Both the position numbers and the translations under genes were made by a program. From a bacterium (GTDB lineage: Bacteria > UBA8248), in assembly GCA_965261085.1 (NCBI GenBank), contig OZ253442.1, forward strand, positions 1,728,001 through 1,792,000: a DNA stretch of 64,000 bases, read 5' to 3'. Position 1 is the stretch's first letter. The number at the start of each line of letters is the position of its first letter. The notes below the pieces were generated by a model. The model was not told the DNA's origin and ran no database searches. It saw only the letters and a program-made list of their open reading frames with translations. Shown here piece by piece: positions 12,255-19,981 of this stretch.

Positions 12255-13619
12255 ATGGAGCAATTGGTCCTGGCGCTTTTGAGGTATGGCATGCGGAGGA
12301 AATGTCACAGAAAAGTCCATTTGGCATTTTTGCTCTTTCTGGTGGCGATGGGCGCGATGTTGACCCTCTACCATGCCACCGCCGCGCCAAAGACGCCTCC
12401 CGTCGTGGTGTTGGACGTTGCCGACGCCATCTCGCCGGGCACTTCTGAATACATCGCATTTGGTATCGAAGAAGCCATCCGAAGGCAGGCGCAACTCCTC
12501 GTCATCCGTCTTGATACCCCTGGTGGTCTGGTCACCAGTACGCGGGATATCGTGAAATCGATTTTCGGCTCGGGCGTGCCCGTGGCCGTATACGTCGCTC
12601 CGGGAGGGGCGCGGGCCGCGTCCGCAGGGACGTTCATCACGATGTCGGCCCACATCGCCGCGATGGCGCCGGGCACGAACATCGGCGCTGCCTCTCCTGT
12701 TTCGGGCGGTGGAAAGCAGATTCAGGGGGATATGCGAAAAAAGGCGATGAACGACGTAGCCGCTTTCGCGCGGGCGGTGGCCTCCCGCACCGGGCGCAAC
12801 ATCGAATGGGCGGAGAGCGCTGTCAGAGAGGCGATATCCGTGGATGAGGCGGAGGCCCTGAAGCAAAAAGTAATCGACCTGGTGGCTGCGGACGTCAAAT
12901 CCCTTCTCCTGGCGGTTCACGGCAAAAAAATAAAGCTGGCGAGTGGCGCCACCGTCACCCTGTCGACCAGGGGTGCTGCGCAAATCGTGCTCGAGCGAAG
13001 TTGGCGCCAAAAGGTGCTCACCCTTCTGAGCGACCCCAACATCGCCTATATCCTGATGCTTCTGGGGATGTACGGGCTGTTCTTCGAGCTTTCGAATCCT
13101 GGCTCCATACTTCCCGGCGTGGTGGGCGCCATCAGCCTTCTCCTGGCTCTCTACGCGCTCAAAGTCTTGCCGGTGAACTATGTGGGTCTTTTGTTGATGG
13201 GGCTCGCCATCATCATGTTTCTCCTGGAAATCAAGGTGGTGAGCTATGGGGGGCTCACTATTGGCGGAATTATTGCCATGACGCTCGGCTCGGTCATGCT
13301 CATCGATTCCCCGGACCCCTACCTGCAAATCAGCCTGAAGGTGATTCTGCCCGCGGTAGCCGGCACGGCCATGTTCTTCGTTTGGCTCGTGGGAATGGGC
13401 TTTCGCGCCCAGCGGGTGCGGCCGGTCTCGGGTTCGGAGGGAATGCTCGATCAATCCGGCATTGTGAGCGCCTCGCCCGGGGAAGGGTCGCCGGCCCAGG
13501 TTCGGGTGCACGGCGAAATATGGCAGGCGGATTCTCATGATCCCCTGGAAATCGGCGACAAAGTCCGCGTGGTGTCGGTGGATGGCCTCAGGCTCCACGT
13601 AGAGAAGGAGGGTGTGTAA
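12255..13619 (+). CDS. nfeD: NfeD membrane-bound serine protease (ClpP class); start may be downstream
   Basis: LDTPGG, AASAG, GTNIGAASPV, transmembrane block, C-terminal VRVHGEIWQA OB domain; adjacent to stomatin. Confidence 0.93.
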   Translation: MEQLVLALLRYGMRRKCHRKVHLAFLLFLVAMGAMLTLYHATAAPKTPPVVVLDVADAISPGTSEYIAFGIEEAIRRQAQLLVIRLDTPGGLVTSTRDIVKSIFGSGVPVAVYVAPGGARAASAGTFITMSAHIAAMAPGTNIGAASPVSGGGKQIQGDMRKKAMNDVAAFARAVASRTGRNIEWAESAVREAISVDEAEALKQKVIDLVAADVKSLLLAVHGKKIKLASGATVTLSTRGAAQIVLERSWRQKVLTLLSDPNIAYILMLLGMYGLFFELSNPGSILPGVVGAISLLLALYALKVLPVNYVGLLLMGLAIIMFLLEIKVVSYGGLTIGGIIAMTLGSVMLIDSPDPYLQISLKVILPAVAGTAMFFVWLVGMGFRAQRVRPVSGSEGMLDQSGIVSASPGEGSPAQVRVHGEIWQADSHDPLEIGDKVRVVSVDGLRLHVEKEGV

Positions 13620-14405
13620 ATGAATTGGAGCTTGATAATCGCTGCTATCATCATCTTGTTGTTCTTCGTGAGTTCCATCCGCGTGCTGAACGAATACGAG
13701 CGCGGGGTCATCTTCCGGCTGGGGCGTTTCCTTTCCACCAAGGGGCCCGGCCTCATCATCGTGTTTCCGGTAATCGACCGCATGGTTCGCGTCGGTTTGC
13801 GGCTGGTGACGATGGACGTGCCGCCACAGGATATCGTCACGAAAGACAACGTGTCGGTGAAGGTGAACGCCGTGGTCTACTTCCGCGTGCTGAACCCCGA
13901 GCGCGCGATCATCGAGGTGGAGGATTTCCTCTACGCCACGGGCCAGTTGAGCCAGACGACGCTCCGGAGCGTACTGGGCCAGATGGATTTGGACGATCTG
14001 CTTTCCGAACGCGAAAAAATCAACTCCCAGCTTCAGGAGCTTCTCGATCAAGCCACCGACCCATGGGGCATCAAGGTCACCAACGTGGAACTCAAGCACG
14101 TGGACCTTCCCCACGAGATGCAGCGCGCCATCGCCCGCCAGGCCGAGGCGGAGCGCGAGCGTCGAGCCAAGGTCATTCACGCGGAGGGCGAATACCAGGC
14201 GAGCGAGCGGCTGGCCCAGGCCGCCACCACCATCGCCACGGCCCCGGGCGCGCTTCAGCTCCGGTTTCTGCAAACCCTCGCCGAAATCGCCACCGAGAAC
14301 AACTCCACCATCATCTTCCCCTTGCCGATCGATCTGCTCAGGCCCTTCATAGAGGCGGGCACGGGCAACGCGCCCAAAGGAGAGATAGAAGGCGGCGACG
14401 CTTAA
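13620..14405 (+). CDS. Stomatin/SPFH (slipin) family protein
   Basis: [41 protein letters not shown]. Confidence 0.95.
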   Translation: MNWSLIIAAIIILLFFVSSIRVLNEYERGVIFRLGRFLSTKGPGLIIVFPVIDRMVRVGLRLVTMDVPPQDIVTKDNVSVKVNAVVYFRVLNPERAIIEVEDFLYATGQLSQTTLRSVLGQMDLDDLLSEREKINSQLQELLDQATDPWGIKVTNVELKHVDLPHEMQRAIARQAEAERERRAKVIHAEGEYQASERLAQAATTIATAPGALQLRFLQTLAEIATENNSTIIFPLPIDLLRPFIEAGTGNAPKGEIEGGDA

Positions 14406-14555
14406 GCGGGCAAATGCGGGTAAATGCGCGGCGCGAAATATTTTTTTTATTCGATAAATTTCGATAAAATGTCGATGCGTTGCTTGAGTATATCTTGGTA
14501 AATATCTGAAATAAATTGTAATATCGAGTTGATTTCCACCATGAACCTTTTCATC

Positions 14556-14648
14556 AATTTATCGATATTTATCGTATTTTTCAGGTATTCGAAATCCACG
14601 ATTCTCATCCTGATCCCATTGGAATTCATCGTCCTGGCATCTGCATCC
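14556..14648. repeat. Dispersed intergenic repeat, copy A
   Basis: Colinear blocks AATTTATCGATATT, TTCAG, ATTCGAAAT, TTCATCGT shared with 60242-60323. Confidence 0.55.
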
Positions 14649-14988
14649 ATGTGAAACCACCTCCCTTTTCTCACGAGGGATTCTGGCGCATCCCCGGGAA
14701 ACGCGATAACGGCAAATGCGGGGAACTGCATGGTCCAACCCGATCGAGGAGGAAGGGTTGCCGTGGTTGTAATCCGTAGGGGCGAACTCCTCCTCGGGGT
14801 CGCCCCACAATTCGCGAATCGCCCCTGCTCACTTTGAGAATGATGGGAGATGGTTTCGTAGGGTCGAACATATATGTTCGCCATCTGCGCGTTCTCCCGC
14901 AACGAGAGGCGAACTGCGCCAAAACGAACAGGGCGGACACACGGGTCTTCCCCTGCGAATGCGATTTCCCAGCCGGGTCCGCTCGCCA

Positions 14989-15217
14989 GAAACGGCTGCA
15001 AAGGATTCGGTTACCCACCGAACTTGTCCGTATGAATCGGCTGCAAAGGATTTTGGTGGGCCACCGGGCTTGCCTGTATGAATCGGCTGCAAAGGATTTG
15101 GTTGCGTCACCGAGCCTGCCCATATGAATCGGCTGCAAAGGATTCGGTTGCATCGCCGGGCTTGCCCGTATGAAGCGGCTACGAGGGATTCGATTTCTTC
15201 ACCGAGCCTGCCCTTAT
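14989..15217. repeat. Tandem array of five 45-46 bp units
   Basis: Units start at 14989, 15034, 15080, 15126, 15172; consensus GAATCGGCTGCAAAGGATT-N9-CACCGRGCYTGCCYRTAT. Confidence 0.9.
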
Positions 15218-15222
15218 GAAAT

Positions 15223-15714
15223 TTAGCGGTCTATCGGGTCGCGCGGGTCGAATTCGTTTCCCCACACGCCCCGGCTGTATCGCTTGGCGAGGTTTTCGGC
15301 TTCTATCAATTCCTTGCGGTAGCGCACGTTGGGGTGTTTCACGAGGGCGCGGCCCAGACCCCGGAGCACCATGAGCACGTTCACGTGGCCGCCTTCTTCC
15401 AGAAAAACGTTATAAAGCGTCTGCCCATAGGCGTCCACGGGTTTTTCGTCGATTTCGAGGCTCACCGTCCTGTTCTCGATGAGGCGCTTCAGGTACGCAT
15501 GGGCTTGGGCGGAGCCTGGCGCGCCGGGAGCGGGAGCGGCCACGCCGATGAGGGCGGAGCGCAGCCCGCCGCCTAGTTGAAAGCTCGCCCCGTCGTACAC
15601 CTTGGTGACGCGCGCTTTGAGGCGTCTTCGGGGCGTCTCACCTTGCGCGGGGAGGGAAGAACTCAAAATGACGGCGAGCGCGAGCGCGCACAGAAAGGAA
15701 ACCGTTTTTTTCAT
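15223..15714 (-). CDS. Exported thermonuclease (SNase)-fold protein, catalytic residues substituted
   Basis: Signal peptide; VTKVYDG, DAYG, VNVLMVLRGLGR, AENLAK..RGVW. Confidence 0.8.
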   Translation of the reverse strand: MKKTVSFLCALALAVILSSSLPAQGETPRRRLKARVTKVYDGASFQLGGGLRSALIGVAAPAPGAPGSAQAHAYLKRLIENRTVSLEIDEKPVDAYGQTLYNVFLEEGGHVNVLMVLRGLGRALVKHPNVRYRKELIEAENLAKRYSRGVWGNEFDPRDPIDR

Positions 15715-15953
15715 CCTCGCCTCATTCGGTTTTTATGGGGACAACCCCGAAATCTTTCGCGTTTTCTCAGGCTCATAAATCCCGCGCCATGAACCCCGCG
15801 CGGGTGTTTTTGATGGCGATAAGGAGAGGGAACAATCGAAGCCTTCCCGCCCCTTTCGGGGTTTGTTTATACCACAGAGGAAGCCGATGCGCTTTTGGGG
15901 AGACCGAGGGAGGAGAATTGCGTCCCCGAAGTGCCGGAATTGAGATGAGTTCG

Positions 15954-15982
15954 TGGACTTCAAAAGTGGCTTATCGTATCAT
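15954..15982 (+). promoter_or_regulatory. Candidate sigma70 promoter of the Ubl cassette
   Basis: TGGACT-N17-TATCAT ending 55 bp before the GTG start. Confidence 0.4.
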
Positions 15983-16037
15983 AAACGTGCTTGGTTGTCT
16001 TGAGTCTGAATCTAGCCGACGCTACAGGAGAAACGAC

Positions 16038-16295
16038 GTGAAACAAGATGACGACACTAAGGACGGACGCTTTGAATTCAAAATCGATGGTGAACAACTG
16101 TATGCTCCGCACGAATCGATAACCGTTGCAGAACTTATCCAGATTGCTTTGGATGCAAAGGTTCTTGATCCAGTACAGGAGGGCTACACCCTTGAAGATG
16201 GCAAGGGAAATACCTTCGCCCCTGATGCTGTCATCGATCTTGACAAGACTAATGTGTTCTATGCAACAGAAAATGAACCAGGACCCGCTTCGTAG
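16038..16295 (+). CDS. Ubiquitin-like (multi-ubiquitin family beta-grasp) protein, 85 aa
   Basis: AGGAG RBS then GTG; FEFKIDGEQLY..ITVAELIQIA..VIDL..FY pattern; first gene of an E2/JAB-E1 operon. Confidence 0.8.
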   Translation: MKQDDDTKDGRFEFKIDGEQLYAPHESITVAELIQIALDAKVLDPVQEGYTLEDGKGNTFAPDAVIDLDKTNVFYATENEPGPAS

Positions 16296-16324
16296 ATTCT
16301 TCCCCGCCTGGAAATGGATAGTGA

Positions 16325-16732
16325 TTGGTGGAACCTCTAACTGACTCCTTCCCGCCAAACCTTGTTCAGCTCCGTGACGCACTTTATGAAATAGACGTTG
16401 CGGACTTGGAGATATGCACGTGGCTTACGCGTCGCATGTTACGTGCGTGCGTTCCCGTTTATGTCGGCAAGTACGCCGGATCGATCAAACGGGTTGGGTG
16501 GAGCTTTCCCGACGACTCACAACCGTTTCCAGAATACGCTCCCCATTGGTTCCATGTAGCGGGAGAATACGACGATGGGAAAGAGGGTGCATGTGAGAAA
16601 GATCACGATGAAGATGGCAAATTGTGGCTTGCTTGGAGTCGTCCAATTGGCCCGTCCTGGATCGGCCCGTATCGGACTCCAAAGAAGCTCCTTCGGTCGA
16701 CTGTTACTCGATTTTGGAAGGCTTTGAAATGA
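16325..16732 (+). CDS. Prokaryotic E2/UBC-like protein (family E / BubB-like)
   Basis: FPEYAPHWFHV and WLAWSRP..W motifs; lies between Ubl and E1. Confidence 0.72.
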   Translation: MVEPLTDSFPPNLVQLRDALYEIDVADLEICTWLTRRMLRACVPVYVGKYAGSIKRVGWSFPDDSQPFPEYAPHWFHVAGEYDDGKEGACEKDHDEDGKLWLAWSRPIGPSWIGPYRTPKKLLRSTVTRFWKALK

Positions 16733-18135
16733 CTACTTACTCAGTGGCTTGGCGTTCTGAAGTTGAAGCTATTGCCCGCCGTCACCTTCTGCAGCATCAC
16801 CATCTTGGCCGTCGCCAAGAGGATATTGCACTTGCTACATGGTATCCCGCGAGCGGTTCCAATCGCTATACTGCCATCATTGACGAAGTACTTTTGCCTA
16901 CAGAAGAAGAACGTATTCTCCAAGGCAACGTACAGATGACACGCGATTTTCTGCGTCGTTGCCGCCAGCGAGCGCTTTCGAAGGGTGCCGGTATGGCGGT
17001 AATGCACAATCATTTCGGTCCCGGTTGGCAGGAAATGAGTCCGGACGACGTTATTATGGAGCGTCGGAGTGTCTCCAATCCTGCCCGTGCGACCGGGCTA
17101 CCGGCTTTGGGCTTGACGCTCGGTACTGACGGAGCTTGGAGTGCTCGGTTCTGGATCCGAAAAAGATCGGATTTCGAGCGTCGGTGGTGCTCTTCAATCC
17201 GTATAATTTCTCCAAGCCGACTGTCGTTTCATGCCAATCCCCATGTTTTTCATTCTGACCTGAATGAATCGTCTTTGGAACGTTTTCGTCGATCTGTTGA
17301 GGCATGGGGTGTTGAGAGCCAAGCACTCCTAGGACAGTTGAAAGTTGGAATAGTCGGTCTCGGTAGCGTAGGCGCGCTAGCAGCCGAGGCGATGGGCCGA
17401 ATGGGTATACGACGGCTGGTCCTGATAGATATGGACTGTGTCGAGCCACATAATTTGGATCGCCTTGTTAATGCAGGTCGTTGGGATATTGGTCGATATA
17501 AAGTTCACGTGGCAGCAGAACATCTAGAACGTACGGCGTCTCATCCTTTTCATGAACTTATCGCTTTACCATTATCGCTTCGTGAGTCAAAAGCCTATCG
17601 ATCACTAGCTGATTGTGATGTTATCTTGGCCTGCGCAGATAAACCTATTGCACGTGATCTTGTAAACCATCTTGCTGTATGTCACTTGATCCCGGCAATT
17701 GAAGCTGGTGTTGCCCTTCGAAGCCGTGGTGGTCGCCTACATAAGGGTCATATCGTCTCTCAGGTGGTTACACCCGATAGCCGGTGTCTCAGATGCACAA
17801 AACAGTACACGACGGATCAACTCAGCCTGGAACTGGAAGGTCTACTAGAAGATCCGGAGTACATCCGCACCTTGCCGACTGACAAACGTCCCAATGCAGC
17901 CAACATTTTTCCAGCCAGTTTAGCGGCTGCATCGCAGCAAGTCGGTCTATTCACAAGAATGGTCCTTGGCCCGGAATGGTGGCCTCCGGTGTACCAACAG
18001 CGCCACCATTTAAGTGTTGCCTCACAACATATATCAATGGATGTTTGCAAGCCTTATTGCGACGTTCATGCACGCAACTGCCAAGGTAACCTCGGTGAGC
18101 CGAAGTGGCTTCTGCTATCAGGCGATTCTTCGTGA
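16729..18135 (+). CDS. JAB/JAMM peptidase - ThiF/E1 adenylyltransferase fusion
   Basis: ATGA overlap with E2 stop; JAMM motif E...HNHFGPGWQEMSPDD; GLGSVG, D..EPHNLDR, CLRC and CKPYC zinc ligands. Confidence 0.88.
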   Translation: MTTYSVAWRSEVEAIARRHLLQHHHLGRRQEDIALATWYPASGSNRYTAIIDEVLLPTEEERILQGNVQMTRDFLRRCRQRALSKGAGMAVMHNHFGPGWQEMSPDDVIMERRSVSNPARATGLPALGLTLGTDGAWSARFWIRKRSDFERRWCSSIRIISPSRLSFHANPHVFHSDLNESSLERFRRSVEAWGVESQALLGQLKVGIVGLGSVGALAAEAMGRMGIRRLVLIDMDCVEPHNLDRLVNAGRWDIGRYKVHVAAEHLERTASHPFHELIALPLSLRESKAYRSLADCDVILACADKPIARDLVNHLAVCHLIPAIEAGVALRSRGGRLHKGHIVSQVVTPDSRCLRCTKQYTTDQLSLELEGLLEDPEYIRTLPTDKRPNAANIFPASLAAASQQVGLFTRMVLGPEWWPPVYQQRHHLSVASQHISMDVCKPYCDVHARNCQGNLGEPKWLLLSGDSS

Positions 18136-18138
18136 CTT

Positions 18139-19113
18139 ATGAGTGATTCCAAGGAATTAGAAGCGTTGCTACTGGAAGCGGACGGGATTGTCAATCGCGC
18201 CCATGAACTTCTTCATTCATGGCCTAACGCCAAAGCTGATCTAAAATCAGCCGAGGAGCTATCGTCATTACATCTAGCTCACTATACCTCTTTGGAAGCC
18301 ATTGTTTATATGCTTCAAACTTCAGATGGTGGCCTTCGACTCTCTCATACCTCAATAATGAACGATCCTGAGGAGGGGCGTGCCACTCTAGAAGGTCGTA
18401 TGATCTCGCATTTGCTGGAAAATGAATTCGGTGATGAGTCTTGGCTTTGGCAACGCTATGGTGCAGCTAATGTTTGCTGTTTTGTTGGTATCGTGCGTGA
18501 CGGTGAGCAAACTATCGACGCTGGTGACGACCTTCTCTTCTGGCGTCTTTATGGTAATGACTGTCGAGGCATTTCCATTACCCTCCCTCCTCACGTATCG
18601 AGGCGACTTGTTGATTCTTCTACTGTCGATTGCGTTATATATACCGACGATCCATCACTCGAAATTGATCTGTCGTTATTTTCATCTCTACTAAGGGACC
18701 TTGATTCTCTCCGCTGTCGTGCCCGCAATGCAGGACTTTGGTCTAAGATTTGTCCAGATGTTCTTGCCGCTTGTGATCCGCTCTTAAAGCAACGTTTTCT
18801 GCGCAAACGTTCCCATTATGCAATAGAACGCGAATATCGTGTCGTCGCGTTTCAATCAGAAGATGACGCTGAGGATGTTCTCTACTCCGGTGGTGGTCGG
18901 CATGTGCAACACGGGCTAATTCGAAATTACATACAAATTCCTGAACTGAGTTGTGAAGATATCCTCACTACAAATAGCCAAATTACGATTGGTTCCAATG
19001 TCCTCGAATCTTCAACTACGAAAGACATACTTTACAATTTGCTCGAATCTCGTGGGATAGTCCGTGGTGTAGTTTCCGTTCGTATTTCGGAAATTCCTTA
19101 TCGACCGCGCTGA
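18139..19113 (+). CDS. DUF2971 domain protein
   Basis: HYTS, MNDPEEG, DDLLFWRLYG..GISI, K..Y..EREYR. Confidence 0.8.
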   Translation: MSDSKELEALLLEADGIVNRAHELLHSWPNAKADLKSAEELSSLHLAHYTSLEAIVYMLQTSDGGLRLSHTSIMNDPEEGRATLEGRMISHLLENEFGDESWLWQRYGAANVCCFVGIVRDGEQTIDAGDDLLFWRLYGNDCRGISITLPPHVSRRLVDSSTVDCVIYTDDPSLEIDLSLFSSLLRDLDSLRCRARNAGLWSKICPDVLAACDPLLKQRFLRKRSHYAIEREYRVVAFQSEDDAEDVLYSGGGRHVQHGLIRNYIQIPELSCEDILTTNSQITIGSNVLESSTTKDILYNLLESRGIVRGVVSVRISEIPYRPR

Positions 19114-19121
19114 AATCCAGC

Positions 19122-19271
19122 CACGACGTGCCCGAGGCGGTGATTCGCAAGAGGTTCGACGCCGGGTGGCGCAACTTCGAGCAAGTCTACCAGGACTTGG
19201 TCGATGGGTGGATTTTGTACGATAATTCGGGCGATGAGCCGAAATTGCTGGTAGAGGAGTCGAGTGAATGA
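19122..19271 (+). pseudogene. 3' fragment of zeta-toxin family P-loop ATPase
   Basis: Translates HDVPEAVIRKRFDAGWRNFEQVYQDLVDGWILYDNSGDEPKLL; no start codon or P-loop part present. Confidence 0.75.
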
Positions 19272-19495
19272 ATTCACGGAAACAAAACCTGACGCTAAAG
19301 CCTCGCGACCCGGACTTCGTAGGTTCTGATGTCGCGATGCTGAGGGCCGCCAAACGTGCGCGGCAACGAGCGAAAGAAACAGCCGAAATCGCCGCGGCGA
19401 CCAAAGGAAGCGGCGAGAGCGGACGAGGCGTCCGAGGGTTTAGAGCGCAAACCGGGCGAGATACAGGGGATGAACACCAACCGCGACCCACGTGA
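19268..19495 (+). CDS. Small protein of the type partnered with zeta-toxin family ATPases (putative antitoxin; C-terminus possibly degenerate)
   Basis: ATGA overlap with the zeta fragment; RDPDFVGSDVAMLRAAKRAR. Confidence 0.55.
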   Translation: MNSRKQNLTLKPRDPDFVGSDVAMLRAAKRARQRAKETAEIAAATKGSGESGRGVRGFRAQTGRDTGDEHQPRPT

Positions 19496-19556
19496 GCGAG
19501 GCTCCCGCAAGGCGGAGTGAGAATCCATCACGACCGAGGAAGGTCATTGTGTCTTA

Positions 19557-19793
19557 GTAGGGGCGGACCTATGTGTCCGCCCTGGTATTGATAACGGGCG
19601 TATGCGTCAGACCCTGCTTCTCAATCGCCGTCATTCTTGCGAATGCCGGAATCCAGAACTGATGCGTTTCTCGTCTGCCTAGATTCCGGCATGCGCCGGA
19701 ATGACGAGGTGGTGAATTTCGATGGTGTGGGTGTGATGCTTTGTAGGGACAGGTCGAGACCTGTCCCCACCCCTTCTTGAGGCCCGCCCCTAC
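19557..19793. repeat. Cluster of REP-like palindromes
   Basis: GTAG-GGGCGGAC..GTCCGCCC (19557-19582), CGTCATTC..GAATGACG inverted pair (19629-19706), GTAG-GGACAGGTCGAGACCTGTCCC (19743-19767), CCGCCCCTAC (19784-19793). Confidence 0.75.
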
Positions 19794-19981
19794 GGGAAAA
19801 TCTAACCAAGAGTGGCTACGTGGGATTCGATTGCTCCACCTGCTCCGCCCCTATGAAAGCCTTTCATTGCGACTCACCCCCCCTTGCCCCTACAATGTCA
19901 AACCCGACTGAGAAAGGAGGGTCTGCGCGTTCATATCGCGGCGGTTTTATTTTTCTAGGCACAGGGCGGGTTCGACAAATC

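Noticed and set aside
12138-14273. 711-aa minus-strand ORF
   Set aside because: Antisense shadow of nfeD-stomatin caused by GC-rich codon usage
14447-15153. Several overlapping ORFs across the AT-rich and 46-bp repeat region
   Set aside because: No motifs or RBS; repeat period is not a multiple of three
14989-15217. CRISPR array interpretation
   Set aside because: No unique 25-45 bp spacers and no cas genes; kept only as a tandem array
15735-16037. 101-codon N-terminal extension of the Ubl ORF
   Set aside because: Good AGGAG RBS and promoter candidate precede GTG 16038; extension lacks protein-like features
16624-16728. Earlier start for the JAB-E1 gene
   Set aside because: Overlaps the E2 gene; ATGA coupling at 16729 is more plausible
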